Below are positions 1 to 14,539 of a stretch of 64,000 bases of DNA, piece by piece. The position numbers were made by a program, and so were the translations under genes. Under the pieces are notes generated by a model. The model made no database searches. It saw only the letters and a program-made list of their open reading frames with translations, and was not told the origin of the DNA. How positions within the stretch are numbered: the stretch's first letter is position 1; each line of letters begins with the position of its first letter. This DNA comes from Gordius albopunctatus (Eukaryota): the NCBI GenBank assembly GCA_964276515.1, contig OZ193909.1, forward strand, positions 930,001 to 994,000. The letters are read 5' to 3'.

Positions 1-255
1 AAAAATAAATAATGTGCTTGTTGGGTAGTTAAAGCTTAGTATAATGTTTTATTGCCTACTTAAGAACAATGTCTCAGTAGTGACACGATGAACGCTGGGT
101 GTTAACACGAGATCTAAAATTGCCTCAAAAATCTCATCAATCACGCCTCTACCCAATCGCATTGGAGGGAGAGAGTGTGAACGAGCCATTAATCATCCCT
201 TTACCCAATCAAAAGGGGTGCTTGGAGTTACCACGCTGGCTGCTGACACCCTACA
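1..255. repeat. Partial LTR-like dispersed repeat (cut by window edge)
   Basis: Near-identical to 30870-31119; both copies end at ...CACCCTACA and diverge immediately after. Confidence 0.75.
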
Positions 256-785
256 CCGGTTTCCCCTATATATTAAACGACTAATTTTAAAAAGTTTTGA
301 TTTTTTTAAAAACAATTTTCTATTCAATTTATAAATTTAATAATTACTACTTAACTTTGCATCTTAGCCCATTTGAAACATAATATTGCATTTGCCGCTT
401 CCAATTTTTTTAGTGATTTACAAAAGATATTTAGATAATACTATATAGGCATCGGTTGATAATTTTTTAATATATGTAACAACAAAACAAATCAAAAGAA
501 ACATTTAAATTTTGACATAATCTTCAAATGCATTTATCACAAACTAAACATGTATAAACAAATACAATGACAATTAAATAATTTAATAAATAACGTATAA
601 AATATTAACAATAATACGATGTAATAAATATTACAAAAAACGATAAAAACACAAAATTAACGGCAAATAAATAATCTACATATAAAATAGGAGTACAAAA
701 TTGTGCGCAATTGGAAATGACCATTGCTATTGCAATATATCGTCTGCTTTCGGGTCATTGGTCGATCGAGTAGGTCACGTGGCAA

Positions 786-3700
786 TTAGTTAGAACTCGT
801 CTCAACTTTTTTGATGCCAAATAATTTAACGTCCGTCTCATACCAAATAGGAGGATCCATGTGTCTTAATAGCAAAATATATTTCATAAAGGGGTTGTTA
901 TAAAATATTAAAATTTAGGTTAAATTTTTTTAAAAAAATTATCAAAAGGCCTTCTTTAAATATTTCTAAACAATTTCGTACCCCTAACCCATACTATAAT
1001 AATACAATTCATTAACTTGTTGAATTATCAAAATTGATCTAAATCAAGTAAATATTTATCCAAAGAAATATGAAAAATTTAATATCGTTTTTCGGAAAAT
1101 AACTATTAGATCTGATTTAGATGGGCGTAGCTAGAATCAGAATTAGAGTGGGGAGCAAGACAATAGTTTTTTTTTGAAATTTTAGCCATAATTTTAATAA
1201 ATTTTGGGATTTAGAGGGGGGCATCCTCCCATCCCTGTCCCCTTGGCTACGCCTATGCCGCTTACTTTAGATAGATGATGCCCCACACGTAGGTCATGAA
1301 CCAAAGGCTGGTAGAATGATTAGTTTGATATTTCCTAATCAAAATGGGATGCGGAACTGGCAACAGGCCTACCAAGGTGCCGTGTCGCAAAAATTTCAAA
1401 ATTTCGTTTTCGTCGTAAAATTTGCTATAATAAAATAAAGAGACAAGCTGAGGATTTTGTGGTTAAATGGTTAATAGGGGGAAAGAAGGAATTAAAAAGT
1501 GATTGTTAGTGTTGTAAAAAGGACTGGGGTTTGTACGGTCGTCCTTTGCTTTTAGTCGACTAAAAATAAACAGACCCAAGGTTGACCAAACAAAACCCCC
1601 AACCGAACACTAATGACCCTTACTTATCGATGCAAATTTTTTCCACTTGGGGTATCAAAACTTGCAGCAAACGGAGAATGGTTTGCAATGGCATTTTTTG
1701 CTTGAGAGTCGCAGCCTTGAAGAGCATTAAATTTACAATATAAAAAACAATAATAGTTTTATTTATATAATACAAATTATATTTATTATTTAAAAAATAC
1801 ATATTTTGGTAAAATGGAAAAATTTTAGATTGCAATAAATTTCGTTAACCCATGATTGAGTTGGTTTCCAGGATGAATTAGATAGACAATCGCCAAACAG
1901 GCCGTTATCACCCTCTTCGGGGCTCATGATATTTAAGTGTGGAATCTTGATAATAAAATTAACATTAGCATATATGTCCTAAATCAACGAGGCATTCAAT
2001 CATAGCTCTATAATAGCCAAGGAGGAAGGGGTGGCATTAAATCCTCCAAAAATTGTTGAAATGTATTAAAATTTAAAAAATTATCATTTTGCCCCCCCCC
2101 CTGAATCACTATTGCCTCCCTCTAATTCCAATGCCCTCGTATTCAATAGTTAATATATTTAAAATACCAACTTGTAAGTGTGAAAAAGATTGTGACAGCC
2201 TCTTCGTCTCTTTAGTAATGTCAGCTAATAGCAAGAAAACATAATAAATATATTAGCTATTTGGTAACACATAAAATTTTAATGCTTATCTAGAGATTAG
2301 ACTGAATTTACTTTATTTTCCATAAAAGTCTATTTAATTTCAAATTTATGACTTTAACTGATTTATTACTTCTCCAAAACAATTAAACAAAAATATTTCA
2401 TAGAAATTTACCTTGCATATCATCCAAATGACATTGGTCGGTGGGCAAATTTAAGAGATTATAAAAAATTCGGCGTTTTTTTATGATTTGATACACTAGG
2501 TTAGAATTTCCTGTACAGTTAGAACCAAATTTTATACACAAAAATAAATATTGAATTAAATTAAAAGTAAATGATAAAATAAGATACTAATTAAAACAGA
2601 CCATCGAATTGGTATTGAATGAGGTTGTTGAAAGTTTCCAGCAAAAAGTAAACGAGTCTATAATTGTAGGGTTTAGCGTAGAGAAAATGGAGATTGCTAA
2701 ATCCCTGTATAATAACAATAATAATAAATTTTTTATACGACGAAAGTAGCATAAAAATCCATTTGGGACATTCTATTTCAAATCGCCACTTTTTCGGCTG
2801 ACCCCCCCCCCAGATTTTAAAAATATTTGAAAGGACCACAAATTTTCGCGTTAAGAGCGTTCTAAGCGGTGTTGTAAAAATGATATTAGTCGATTAAACG
2901 CAAATCTTAGTCGACTTCAAAGCTTAGGCGAAACTTGAAAAAGAAAGGAAAGTGGATCGCTAGTCTTACTAAAACCAAAGGTAGACTAGACTAATACGAC
3001 ACTAGTTCTAAGGCTATAAATCGGTCTTTGAAAACACTGGTTTATGACGATAAAGACACCCTGGAATCATTAAATCTTGTTTTAATGGAATGACAGATAA
3101 TATCTGTCTGTCTCCATACTAAAATTTAAAACTTTATTTTTGTCCATTGGTCACATGACAATGGTCTTAATGGGCAAAATGTCATTTTTATTTATGTTTT
3201 GAATATTCATTTACGCAGACAGGTCTTACCTGTCACTACAACAATATTTTAGGACTAAAGGGTGAATAATTTATGATTTTAACCAAATTTAGCGTGACGA
3301 GCCCTTGTTGCAACACCGATATTTGACCCTAAAATGATCACAATCCCAAAATTAATGTTCCAATACTTTCTACATTCCTACCAAATCTCATAAAGATCTG
3401 AGGGGGTCGGCCGAAAAAGGCGTTTTTGTGATCATTCTGACTAGTGTTATGAAAAGCTAAGGTCTGTCGACCTAACAAAGCCCGGCCCCTTTTAAAACAC
3501 TAGTTTTGACATGGAAGGGAATGCCCCCCCACATATGCTTTAGCCGGAAGAAAGTACCTCCAAAAGTTGCAGTAATCTTTTGGCAGTCACCATTGAAAGG
3601 CCTTTAAGGTAAGGCGAGACTAAATAAATGAAAATGATTTTTAAAATAATAGGATAATTAATAATAATTATGATGTGAAAAAGTAATTTGTGAAATTCAT

Positions 3701-6491
3701 CATTAAAGGTGTGATATTGAGAAAAGAATGGTAAACTTACTGTTGACTATGACTATCAACAAGCTCTCGTACAAATTACTTAGCTTGTAATGACCCTTCA
3801 CTATGACGTCGTGAAAGACCTTTATACAAATAAATACATAGCAATTAATATACGTGGCATTTGACAAAGGCAGACGAAAAAAATTAAAATGCTCTAAAAT
3901 TTTGTCTCTTATGTGGTGCTAAGAGGGGCGTGGCCAGCATTCGGATTGGGGGGTGGGCAATAGTGATTTAGGGGAATTTTAATTATTTTCAACAAATTCT
4001 TGGATTTAGAGGGGTCAGCAGCTCCTCCCTGCCCCCCTTGGCTACGCCCCTGAGTGTTGTTAATAATATAAATTTTAAAATGTGTTGTTAGATTAAAATT
4101 TACCAAGAGTAATATATCGGCGTGATTACAAGAGGAGTTTGTTAAGTCTTTGAACAAAAATTTTTCATATGGTTTATTGAGACGAACTCCGAAATTGCGC
4201 TCACCACTGAGCAGAAGCATAGAAAATACACCAACGTGGATTATACCCAATTTAGCTAGTGAGAATATTTATTTAAAAGTATCAAAAAATGAAAATATAA
4301 TTTAATACCTTCGTCCAGTTTGCATTCATCAATGTGGTATAACAAGGGAACTATTAAATCTAGGACTTGGTTAGATTTCATCAGGTGAAACAAAAATTTC
4401 TAAAAATTTGTTAGCGATATTTAGTTTTAATCGAAGTTACCTTGTTAATGTCGCAAAAAAGCCAAAACAAAATCATGACCTCTTGATGGAAGTAAATATG
4501 TTTGGGACTTTTGAGAAAATTCGGTAGGGCTGAATTAGAAGGGAGAGAATCATTGAGTAAGCCTACGAAACCATTTATAACAAAATCTAAATCTTCTTCG
4601 TGATGCAATCGACTGATATAGAAGGTGAATAAATGATTTGTACTTTCCTAAAACGTGTTTTAAGAAGCAGACGATAAAATAGTGTAATCGTTTCGTTTGT
4701 AATATATAATCTAACCGAAAATTCCGATGGCAGCTTTTCGTCACATTTTAGTGAAAGGGATTCGTAAGTGACAATGACCATCAATATGTGCAAACACGTT
4801 TCTACCAACAAACCCCTTGGATCTTAAAGTAATAAAATAGTCAAAACAGGTCAACTAGCTATATTAATGCAATAATTTTATTGTTTAACAAACTAAATAG
4901 ACAAAAGAACACAATGGAAATCGTTAAATCTAACACGATATCCATACACGGATCAATGCCATCCGTTTAGTTATAGCGCGTTTTTATATTTTTTTTAGTC
5001 GTGTATGTAATTTTTCGTATACCATTTAATTAAATAAAAGTATCTATTTTCCTAAAAAAAAAATGAAACTTTTCAAAAAAAAATTGATTGACTTTGCTAT
5101 AAACTATTTAAATTGGTGGGATGATTTTGATATAACAAGAGGGAAGAATTAAATAGGCATTATATATATAACAAACAAAAGAAATGTAAAAAAAGTTATA
5201 TGAATTCTGTATGTGTTAAAAATTTGTGTACCAGTTGAAAATATCAAATTTGTTGGTAACCAAGCATTCTGTAAATCAAGACCATGGGCACAAATGATGT
5301 TAAGCAAAGAAGTAAAAATGGATAACGTATGGCGATTTTCATTAGAAGAAAAATAAATGGCCCACTTATTAGAGGCAACTAATCCATTTAGATTGCTAGA
5401 TTCTAGGAAAATTTTTAAAAATCACTTTTAATATATTTGCATGTTCATCTCATTTAGTTAAAACTATTTATTAAGAAATAACTAAAAATAATAAAAGCAA
5501 ATACCCTTTTCAGAAATGTCATATTGATTGAAATTTATTGGTGTATATAAGCTTTCAGACAAACATGTAAGAATCAATCTTAAGATTTCAAGTCGATTGT
5601 TATCAAATTTATAAACTCGGGTAGGGTTTGATGAATAACCAACTCCATTTTCCCATATAAATTCACAACTATCTAATGTAACAATATCTTCAGGACCATC
5701 CTAAATATAAACAAAAAATATAAATCACATACATAATTTTGTATTTAAATAAATAATTAAGAACTTCAAACAAAATTGTCTAATATACTTACAGGCCATT
5801 TTCTATGTGGTGGAACAGTAAAATCAGGGCAAAACAGAAGATCCTATAAAAAGCATAAAAAAATTATAATTTATATAAATGCTATGCAATCTATAATTTA
5901 TTAACGATTATGTCATAATATAAAAGCATACACACAAGTTTGACATCAATGTTTGACCAAGGGGATTTGAATTCTAATATAAATGAAATATTGCATTGTT
6001 TAAAAGTGATTTATTAAAAAAAAATTACTTCAAAATTTGCAATATATCTACAAGATGACTTTAACCAAAAAAAATCATGCCATTCTTCATCTTGAAATAA
6101 ATGTGGCAAAATTCTAGTTAAAATTCTAGTACAGTTCAATACTTTAAAAAAATTAATTAGTATCATATATAAAAACCTGCTTTTTGATCAATAATATTTT
6201 GGCATGATGCTCTTACAGATAAATTTACGCGTTCAATAGTTTTACAACATAAATTCGACAAATTTTGTGGACATTCATCCTTAATTTTTCGCAATTCTCC
6301 ACTTATAATTAATATAAATATATCCTGAATATTAACATTGTGAGTTCCCCAAAATTGCTCCCAAAATGCATCATCTTTTGCTTCAATATACTAATATAAT
6401 TTGAAAATTTATTAAGATATATTACATGATTTTTAACAAGAAGCTTTAAAAAAGAATTTCTAAGATTGATTTTGAAGTTAACGTTTTGCAT
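786..6491 (-). CDS. HID1: HID1 (Golgi / dense-core vesicle protein), ~20 coding exons
   Basis: Spliced exons give HID1 hallmarks: DDAFWEQFW, DLLFCPDFTV, LDSCEFIWENGVG, LLLSGERNFGVRLNKPY, NNLIQYQFDGNSNLVY, PLQTILRLLQVLIPQVEKICID, GTLVGLLPVPHPILIRKY, MDPPIWYETDVKLF. Exons: 6491-6426, 6390-6177, 6141-6029, 5973-5932, 5843-5793, 5700-5505, 5402-5232, 4822-4716, 4647-4441, 4399-4309, 4255-4104, 3819-3741, 3619-3558, 2704-2602, 2510-2412, linker exons ~2224-2168 and ~1945-1850 (phases uncertain), 1715-1624, 1424-1266, 864-786. Confidence 0.93.
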
Positions 6492-8147
6492 ATTGTTTTA
6501 ATGCAAAATATCGATTAATTTGAATTTTAAGCATTTGTAAAACATGTGATGCCATATGTATGTATGTATCGTTTAAGACCTCTAATGGAGTAGTTGCTAC
6601 AATTTAATTTACACATTAGGATAAAGTTGGGTCTCCTTGAGCAAAAGGGCATAGATTACGTAAATTGTAAGCTTTCTTGTAAAAACAGGTTTATATGTTA
6701 GTAAGTTTATTTTGAAATTTTCAAGGATAACTCACTCCGTGAGAGGAAAAAGGCAATCAAACATAACTTCAAAAGTGACGTTATCTCACTCTCCATATTC
6801 TGTCGATAACTATTGCCTTCCCTCACTTCTTTATTTGTAAGAATTTCTTTACAGTTATCTTTTTTTGTCCTGATATTATTATTATTATGGTTCGAATCGT
6901 AAAATAAAAATAATATTTATAAATTTTTATTCAACTGATAAGCTACATCACCACGTTATCAGCCCCCTAAAAAATAAACATAAACAATGGCACATTACTT
7001 TTAAATAAACATATAATTTTAGGCAGCGCTACAAAATTTATTTAATGATTTTTATTGAATGATTCTAAAAAAAGTCATTTATTAAGGCAATACATTGATT
7101 CATTTATCTGCTTTATTCAAAAATTACATTAAAATCCTCTGCGCTTTTAAAATATTCTTAAGCGTTTTTTATATTAGTAAATTCCCATTATTATAAATTC
7201 TTTTTTACTTTACAATATTTAGATTGCAACTATAAGATGTTATTTAGACAAAAGAGTTTTATAAAAATCGAGAATATGTAAACTGTGGTAGAGACGAACA
7301 AAGGGGGGGGGGGAATACTTTTTGTTTGTTGCAAGAATTTTATATATTTATGGAATGGTTCGTATGGGAGATATTATTTTTAATTTATTGAAGTTATTTT
7401 CTTATATGAGTTTTTATCAGCTTACACACTGGTGAGCATCTGGTTCATGACAGCTATTCTCTTTAAGAGATCTATAACTGTTATGAATACCTCAAAAAGG
7501 GAGTAAAAATTATTAACAAGAATAATAGGGTAAAGGGTAAAGTATAGCAAAAATATCCAGTGTGTTGAGCCCAGATGTAGATCGGTACAATTGTATAGGG
7601 ATCACCACAAAAGCTTAGTGGAGGGGATAACATTGCCAAGCGAGGAGGGGGAGGATACCACATTTATGATTCCTAACATTTGATTTCTGTATTATCTCAT
7701 TGTTAGGAATAAATCTGAAGTAAAAAATAATGCATAAAATATTTAAAATCCAATTCAACAACCTAATTCTACCCATTAAATTATATATAACTTGCGATTT
7801 TTACTCTAAGAGCATGCAAGTCTCGCGAGCAATATATTTTTAAATAAAAAAATTGATTTTTGATCTCGTCTAGTATTGGTATTGAAAGCGATAACTCGTT
7901 TCGTCTCGGGTGCGATTTTAAGAATCTTGATCTCAACTCGGCTTAGAATAATTTCGGTATCGTCTTGACGAGAAATCTCGACAAATCTCGATAAAATATT
8001 ATTTATACAATACAATTAGTTCACCTGATTTATATGAATCATTTGATACAGACCCTTTCTTTATTTACAAATTGTGAAATCTCAATGTGCAAAGGGTTAT
8101 TAATATCGCTCGTACATTACTTCACTCATATAAAGATAGTTGGAAAT

Positions 8148-8853
8148 TAGAGAAATGCACAGGTAACCCGAGACCCGTACCCGATATCGGGGCGGGAAGA
8201 TCATTCATTAAGTTAATTAAAATTCCTTTTGTTTTTTTTTAAATCTGATTGTTTTAATTTCGCAAATTTAAATTTGACTCGTGAAAGGTAAAATATTTTA
8301 ACAAAATAATATTTTTAAATAGTATTCAAAGGGTGTGAAGTGGTAGTTCATTATTAATTTAAACTACATAAATATATATTCATAAAACCAATAAGATTAT
8401 GTTTAAATTTATTAAATTATTCATTTGCAAAACTCTAGATTTCAAATTGAGTCTGACCAGATACTGTATGTTATATATATATAATAAATCATTAAAATAA
8501 ATTTAGTAATCAAAATCTGTGGAATCAATTAGTTTCATAAATCGCACTTTAATTTGTCAATTAAATTTTAAACAACCTCATGGGAGTAGCCAGGAAATTA
8601 AAATTAGAGGGGGCAATAATGATTAAGGGACCATTTTTCCATGTACACCGCAATTTTTCTTACTCTCGCGTTGGATACCAAAATTTGAAACACGTTCGAC
8701 AGGGATAAAAATTTTCACGGCTTTCGGGTTGGGCCGGGTCGGGTTCGGGTTGAAATTTTTTTTATGATTTCGGATTAGGTCGGATTCGGGCTAAAAAATT
8801 TAAAATGATTTCGGGTCGGGTTCGGGTTAAAAAAGTGACTTTGCATTTCTCTA
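8148..8853. mobile_element. Non-autonomous hAT-type element with CCCGA/TCGGG subterminal repeats
   Basis: TIR TAGAGAAATGCA...TGCATTTCTCTA; 8-bp TSD TTGGAAAT/TTGCAAAT; related copy in inverted orientation at 54929-56809. Confidence 0.7.
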
Positions 8854-9517
8854 TTGCAAATAAATATAAATACCATTTTCCCTAAAATGAGGAAATTTTT
8901 AGAAAAATAAATTACTATATTCGTATTAAATACATGGTATCTGTGAAATATTGATTGACACATTAATATTTTGGTTACCTGGGACCTGGAATTCGCAATG
9001 ACAAAAATAATTATAGATATATATTTAAAAAAAGTGTTTTTGATACCTGAAAACCGTAATCAGGTCCCAAAGATTGTATTGCAGATTTTAGCATTGTGAT
9101 TGTCATATGTTCGGCATTGTATAGAAAATAGTTTAGTGCAGCGTTTATAGTAGTGTAATGTCATAGCCTAAGATCTATAGTATCAAAATGAAGAGATATT
9201 AAAAGATCTCCTACAAATTTGGTTAAATGAAGACTTTTATAATATTTGGTTGGAATGAGAAATAATTAGAAATTATACAAATTTCCGCCAGTATAATGGA
9301 AGCGAAATATTTATGAATGAGAAAAAAAAATAGAAAGTTAGTTATATCGTTATACCTAGGAAAACATTGATCAGATGAAGGTTTTATAGGTAAGGTATGA
9401 TTATAATAAAAAGCAGTATAAAGATAATGACTTAAAAATTATAAAGTAAAAAAATTGATATAATAAGTTTAGACCTGCAAGTGTAGTCAAAGTTTAAAAA
9501 GGGACTTATGGTATATT

Positions 9518-9686
9518 TATAAGGGTAGCCAGCATTGGAATTAGAGGGGGGGGCAATAATGATTTAGGCAGAAGTGAAATGATAATTTTTTGAAATATTA
9601 ACCATAATTTTAATAAATTAATAAAAAAAAATTGATTTGGATGGGGGGCAGCCACCCCTCCCTGCCTCCCTCTGGCTACGCTCATG
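9518..9686. mobile_element. hAT-type MITE, CATGGGCGTAGCCAG family
   Basis: 8-bp TSD GGTATATT on both sides; degenerate TIR. Other copies at about 1120, 3925, 16560, 22949, 25660, 25990, 54740, 56897 and 58438. Confidence 0.75.
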
Positions 9687-9934
9687 GGTATATTAATATT
9701 TTGATTGTACATATACGATTTTCACTATAACTGAGAGATGTTAAGATATGCCCGACCAGTCGGGCCAGGTTCGGGCTTGGCTTCGGACGGTCGTAAGAAA
9801 ACTATGCTTAAATTTACCTAAAAATAAGTTTGAATAAGAATAAAATTGGGAGATTGATATGGTTGGTGGGGAAGAAACATATTGGTATATGAAGATATAT
9901 ACAGCTATACCTGTTATGGAGTTATAAAATTTAA

Positions 9935-10960
9935 AAATGCACATGTCCAGTCAAAATCGTGGCTTCTTCAACGTTGCACATCAAGCGTTTAACAGCGAGA
10001 AGTAAACCATTGCAAAGTTTTGGCTGACTGTAATTGCACATCGCGATACTTTGTACGCCAAATTTCAAATGCAAAATGTGAGGTGGCATCCCTGCCAGAT
10101 CATTTGAATTCAAAGATTCGATTGCATAATTTGCGTCATCAATAACAACAGCAGTGTCAACCGACTTGTAAGTAATTGGATTCCCTTGAATGTTAGACAG
10201 AATGAGATTGTTAAGCTCGTGGGCGTCATTATTCTTGCGGGGCGAGAATAGCCCGTTGGCTGAGCCAAAGTCTATCATGATAATGGGCGTTAATATTTGG
10301 AAACACTTTATCAACCAAGCAGTTTAGATGGAACAAAATTGCAAATGTTTGTAGGAAAAGATATCCGCCCTGAGCATATATCAACGCGCACGGTTCCCTT
10401 CCCAATTTCTAGCAATCAATGGGAGAATATCTCACATGCAGGATGATTTTGAAATACTACACGCATATTAGTAGTTAGATTTAATGTTTTGACATAAGGC
10501 AACAAAATAGAATATTTTAGGCAAGCATTAATTTTATCCGCAGGGGTGGATCGTAAGAGAAGCTGTAAAGTTTGCCTCAAATCTCCTGCAAGCAATAACC
10601 TTGCGTTACCAATAGGTTTGATGGTTCTTTGTAAATCTTGCGATTACCGATTAAAACTTAGAGCGGTTATTCATAAGCCATTGTGCATTCATCCCAAACG
10701 ATAAGTTTGCACTTCTGTAATACTATACCCATTCCATATGTTCTGGAAATGTTGCACATTAGAGTTTCACAGTCATAAGCGTTTAAATGCAATTTATAAG
10801 CTGAATGAGCAGTTTTTCTACCGGGTAATTATGTGACAGCCCTTCGGGAAGACGCTAGAGCCACGGCTATATTAATTTGGGAACGAATAGTTGCCAGAGC
10901 AAAGTCAGTAGGAAATTTTTACTAGTTCCACCTCAAGCATCTAAGAAGAAGACTTATCCT
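9935..10960 (-). mobile_element. Decayed Helitron PIF1-helicase fragment
   Basis: Minus-strand motifs: degenerate Walker A (DA*GGTSKNF), GRKTAHS, VWDECTM, LLLAGDLRQTL, GMPPHILHLK..PKLCNG; stops and frameshifts present. Confidence 0.85.
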
Positions 10961-11143
10961 TAACCTTTATTAACAGCAAGCAAAATCTTATTGTAAAGGG
11001 GGGGGGAGAAAGCGTTTTAAGTTCAATTATGATGGGTGGGAGGGGGCAAAATAAAATTTTTTGAATTTTTAAGGGTTTTTGTATTGAATTTTTTTGTCAT
11101 TTAAGGGGGGGGGGGCATAAACCCAAAGGCTATCTGCCTAGAC

Positions 11144-12089
11144 CAGTGATTCTTAACCGGGAGGCCGTGAGAGGTTTCCCGGATTAGAATATAATAAAAA
11201 TATTCAGAAAAGCTTTAGAAAAAATACTCACCAGGGGGATTCGAACTCCTTGCCTTCTGTTTACAAGATGTTCGCTATAACCACTCACACCCTGCTGGTA
11301 TTAAAAAAAGCTGGTATGAAATGTTTCCATTCTATTCGCAACAAATCTCTGATTCAAAATTTCAATTCGAGAAAGGAAATGTAAAATACTTAATTAAATG
11401 TCATATTTTAAAATTAATTGATAAATTTGAAAAATATTTCCCTAATGATGAAGGTCACATTAAAAAACTTTGGATTCAAGATCCATACAACAATTATAAA
11501 AATACCAATTTATCATCAGATGATGAAGATTCATTATTAGAATTAATAAATGATTGTAATTTAAAATATTTGTTTAAAACTAAAAGTTTGCCGCAATTTT
11601 GGATACAAATTCGTGCAGAATATCCTCCATTATTTTCAGCAGCAATGCAAAATTTGCTGGCTTTCGCTAGTACATATTTGTGTGAAATGGTGGTGGATAT
11701 AAAAACTAAAGAACGCAATCGCGTGCGACTAGATTCTTTCCTGCATGAGGATAGCATTACAATCAATTGAACAAAGAAGAATTAACGAATTGGTTGATGA
11801 TGTTCAGCAGCAGAAATCTCATTAAATATAATATTTCCGAATGCATATATTTTTTATTATAAATGAATGCTTTTTATGTTTAATTATGAAGTTTTTATGT
11901 TATTTAAATAGATAATGAAATAATAAAGTTGTGTTTTATGTTTATTATTTAATAAAATGAAACAATAATAGAAAATCAATATATTATAGATAATTTAACA
12001 AATATAAATTATTATAAAAAAATGGGAGGGCGCAAAAAAAATTATAAAATGTTTGTGGGCCGCGTGTATAAAAAGGTTAAGAACTACTG
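11144..12089 (+). mobile_element. Internally deleted hAT (Buster/Charlie-like) transposon
   Basis: TIR CAGTGATTCTTAACC / GGTTAAGAACTACTG; TSD GCCTAGAC/ACCTAGAC; C-terminal hAT dimerisation fragment (FWIQIRAEYP..LLAFASTYLCE..IKTKERNR) at 11321-11825. Confidence 0.85.
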
Positions 12090-14539
12090 ACCTAGACTAT
12101 TGCGTTCCGCAGTTGAATGGTTGCCACGCTACCACCACCCTCTGTTGATCTTATTTTTTATAAAGGATACCCATCACTGCTCGTAATCTAATTAATGTAG
12201 AGCAGAGGTTCCGATTCAATTTTAAAATCTTTATTAGGTAAAATCTAGCATTATTCTGTATGAATAATCATATAACTGTATTTCAAGTTTGTCGGTCAAC
12301 CATTGTCTGCATTTATCAACTTACCGTTAAAGTAATGTTTTTGTACTTTTAATATTAATAACCGAACTTCATAAAAATGGAAAAAAAGCATGAAAAGTGG
12401 GAATGTTTCTAAAAGCGCGCGTTATATTTATTTAAGAAAATTGCACGGAGCGCCGCTCCTATTTAAAAATGAGGAGCGAGCGCGGGATTAGCACCTTTTG
12501 GGGCTGGAGCGGAGGAGCGTCCTGCGCTCCTTTAAATTTAATATATAAATGATATTATTTTTTAAATATTAATAATATTTGTTAATTAAAATTTAATGAA
12601 AATATAAATTTTATTTAAATTTATTTATTATTAAATGTTGAGCCGAGTTTTATATTGATTTTTCATCGAATCATTTGAAACATAAAACACCAGTTTTTCC
12701 TTTTTATATTGAAAATTTTTTGAAAAATCTTGTAAGTCATATTAATGTTTATTTTATATAATATAATAAAAAAATTAAAATAGTTTTATTATGGATATAG
12801 TAGAGATTATAGAAGAAGAAACCAAATTTCCATTTCCACCATATTAAAAATATTTCAAGCTTATAGATGATACAAATGGTGATGTTTTAGGGTATCGAGA
12901 ATATTTATTTGCTACAGCTTTATATATTGTAAAAAAACGGGTGTAGTTGAGTAAAAAATTGAGACACAGATGACAAAGCAATCGCGGAAAAAAGTTTAAG
13001 GTAATTTGTAGCACCATAACGATAAATAAGTATAAAAAAGTAGTATAAATAATCCGCTAGATGGCGGTATAGACTACCAAAAAAAGTGTTACGGCTGTCG
13101 CAGGTCGATAAAAAGTATATATAAAGTATAAACCATCTAGGATGCTAGGGCAATTATCTGACCAATTTGGTGGCAATCGGTCGAGAACTTTAGGAGTTAT
13201 TTACGCTTACCTTAGCTAGTATTAAGAATACACACACACAGCACTGCCAGCAGTAGCCTAAAGCATGCTAAAGCACCCTTGAGCATTCTAATATAGCCTA
13301 AAAACAGCCTAAGCAACCTTTCCTTATTATATATTAGCGCTTGCTTACGCTTACCTTAGCAATTGCTAGTATTAAATTATGAATACAAAATACAATACAT
13401 AATAATACAGAACACAGCACACACTCTCCCTCTCTAATAATAATTTATCTCTCTCTCAATTTAATTAATTTCTAGGTGGCGGTATAGTTTTAAATACTTG
13501 TCGAAATATCTTTATTAAATGGTATACAAAAAATTACATACATGACTAAAAAATATAAAAACGCGCTATAACTAAACGGATGATGGCATGTATAATTTAG
13601 CTTACAATAAAAATTTAGATTTTAAACTTATTAATAATATATATGTAATTTTGTGTATACCATTTAATTATCATTTATTATTACAAAAAATAATACTCGA
13701 TTATATACTGGAAAATTTCAACTTAGCTACGGTCTTTTAGCACTTTGTCTGCTTTATTTTTTACATATATAAAAAATAATATAAATTTTAAGATTTATTC
13801 CAATTAAAAATAAGGCAAATTAAACTAAAAATATAATTTTAATTTTTAATAAAAAAATCGCGATTTGGGTTTTTAATACATACCTACCTCTATCGAGTGT
13901 TTTATTTTTAATTGCCACCATTTTGTAACATATTCCTTTTGTGTTGAGTGAAAATAATCGTCTGCGGTTTCACTAAGAACGCATCCTATTTACAATTGTT
14001 ATTTTTGTGATATATGATAAATTTTACGATGAATATAAAAATATTAAGAAAAAATAATGAATAGTTTGATAAATTAGCTCAAAACTTCACTTCGCTTTTT
14101 TTCGCTTCGCGCGTCATCACGAACGTTGCGTTAGTAAACATCGCGTATGTTGTAAGTACTCTAAGGCAACAAATTATTTTGCTTAGTTTTTTATTCAAAG
14201 TGAAAAGTTTTTTTTGCCATTTTTTAAGTTTTTTATTCAATTTGCCAAGTTTTTAATTAAACGTTAAGTTTTTTTATTAAATTCTCAATTGGCTAAATTT
14301 AATTAATTTTGTTATTGATCGATCCTTCGGGTTGAAGGCTATTGCCCCAATTCTACCATTAAAGGAAACGTTAAACAAAAAAGGATAAATTAAACGGGTC
14401 GTAATACAATTGACAAGTTTTTTTTGTTGGTTTTTCAATCAAAGTTTATTTACACATAATTATGTATGTTATATGCTAAAATATATAAAATTAATAAGCT
14501 GGCATCGAGCCATGGATTGAGATTGTATTATATTTCTTC

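Noticed and set aside
99..284. 61-aa ORF duplicated at 31026
   Set aside because: Lies in the LTR-like repeat, lacks an ATG start, and the copies diverge past the repeat end.
6736..6796. Hydrophobic upstream exon (MESEITSLLKLCLIAFFLSR) as an alternative HID1 N-terminus
   Set aside because: No in-frame acceptor found that links it to HID1 exon 1 or 2.
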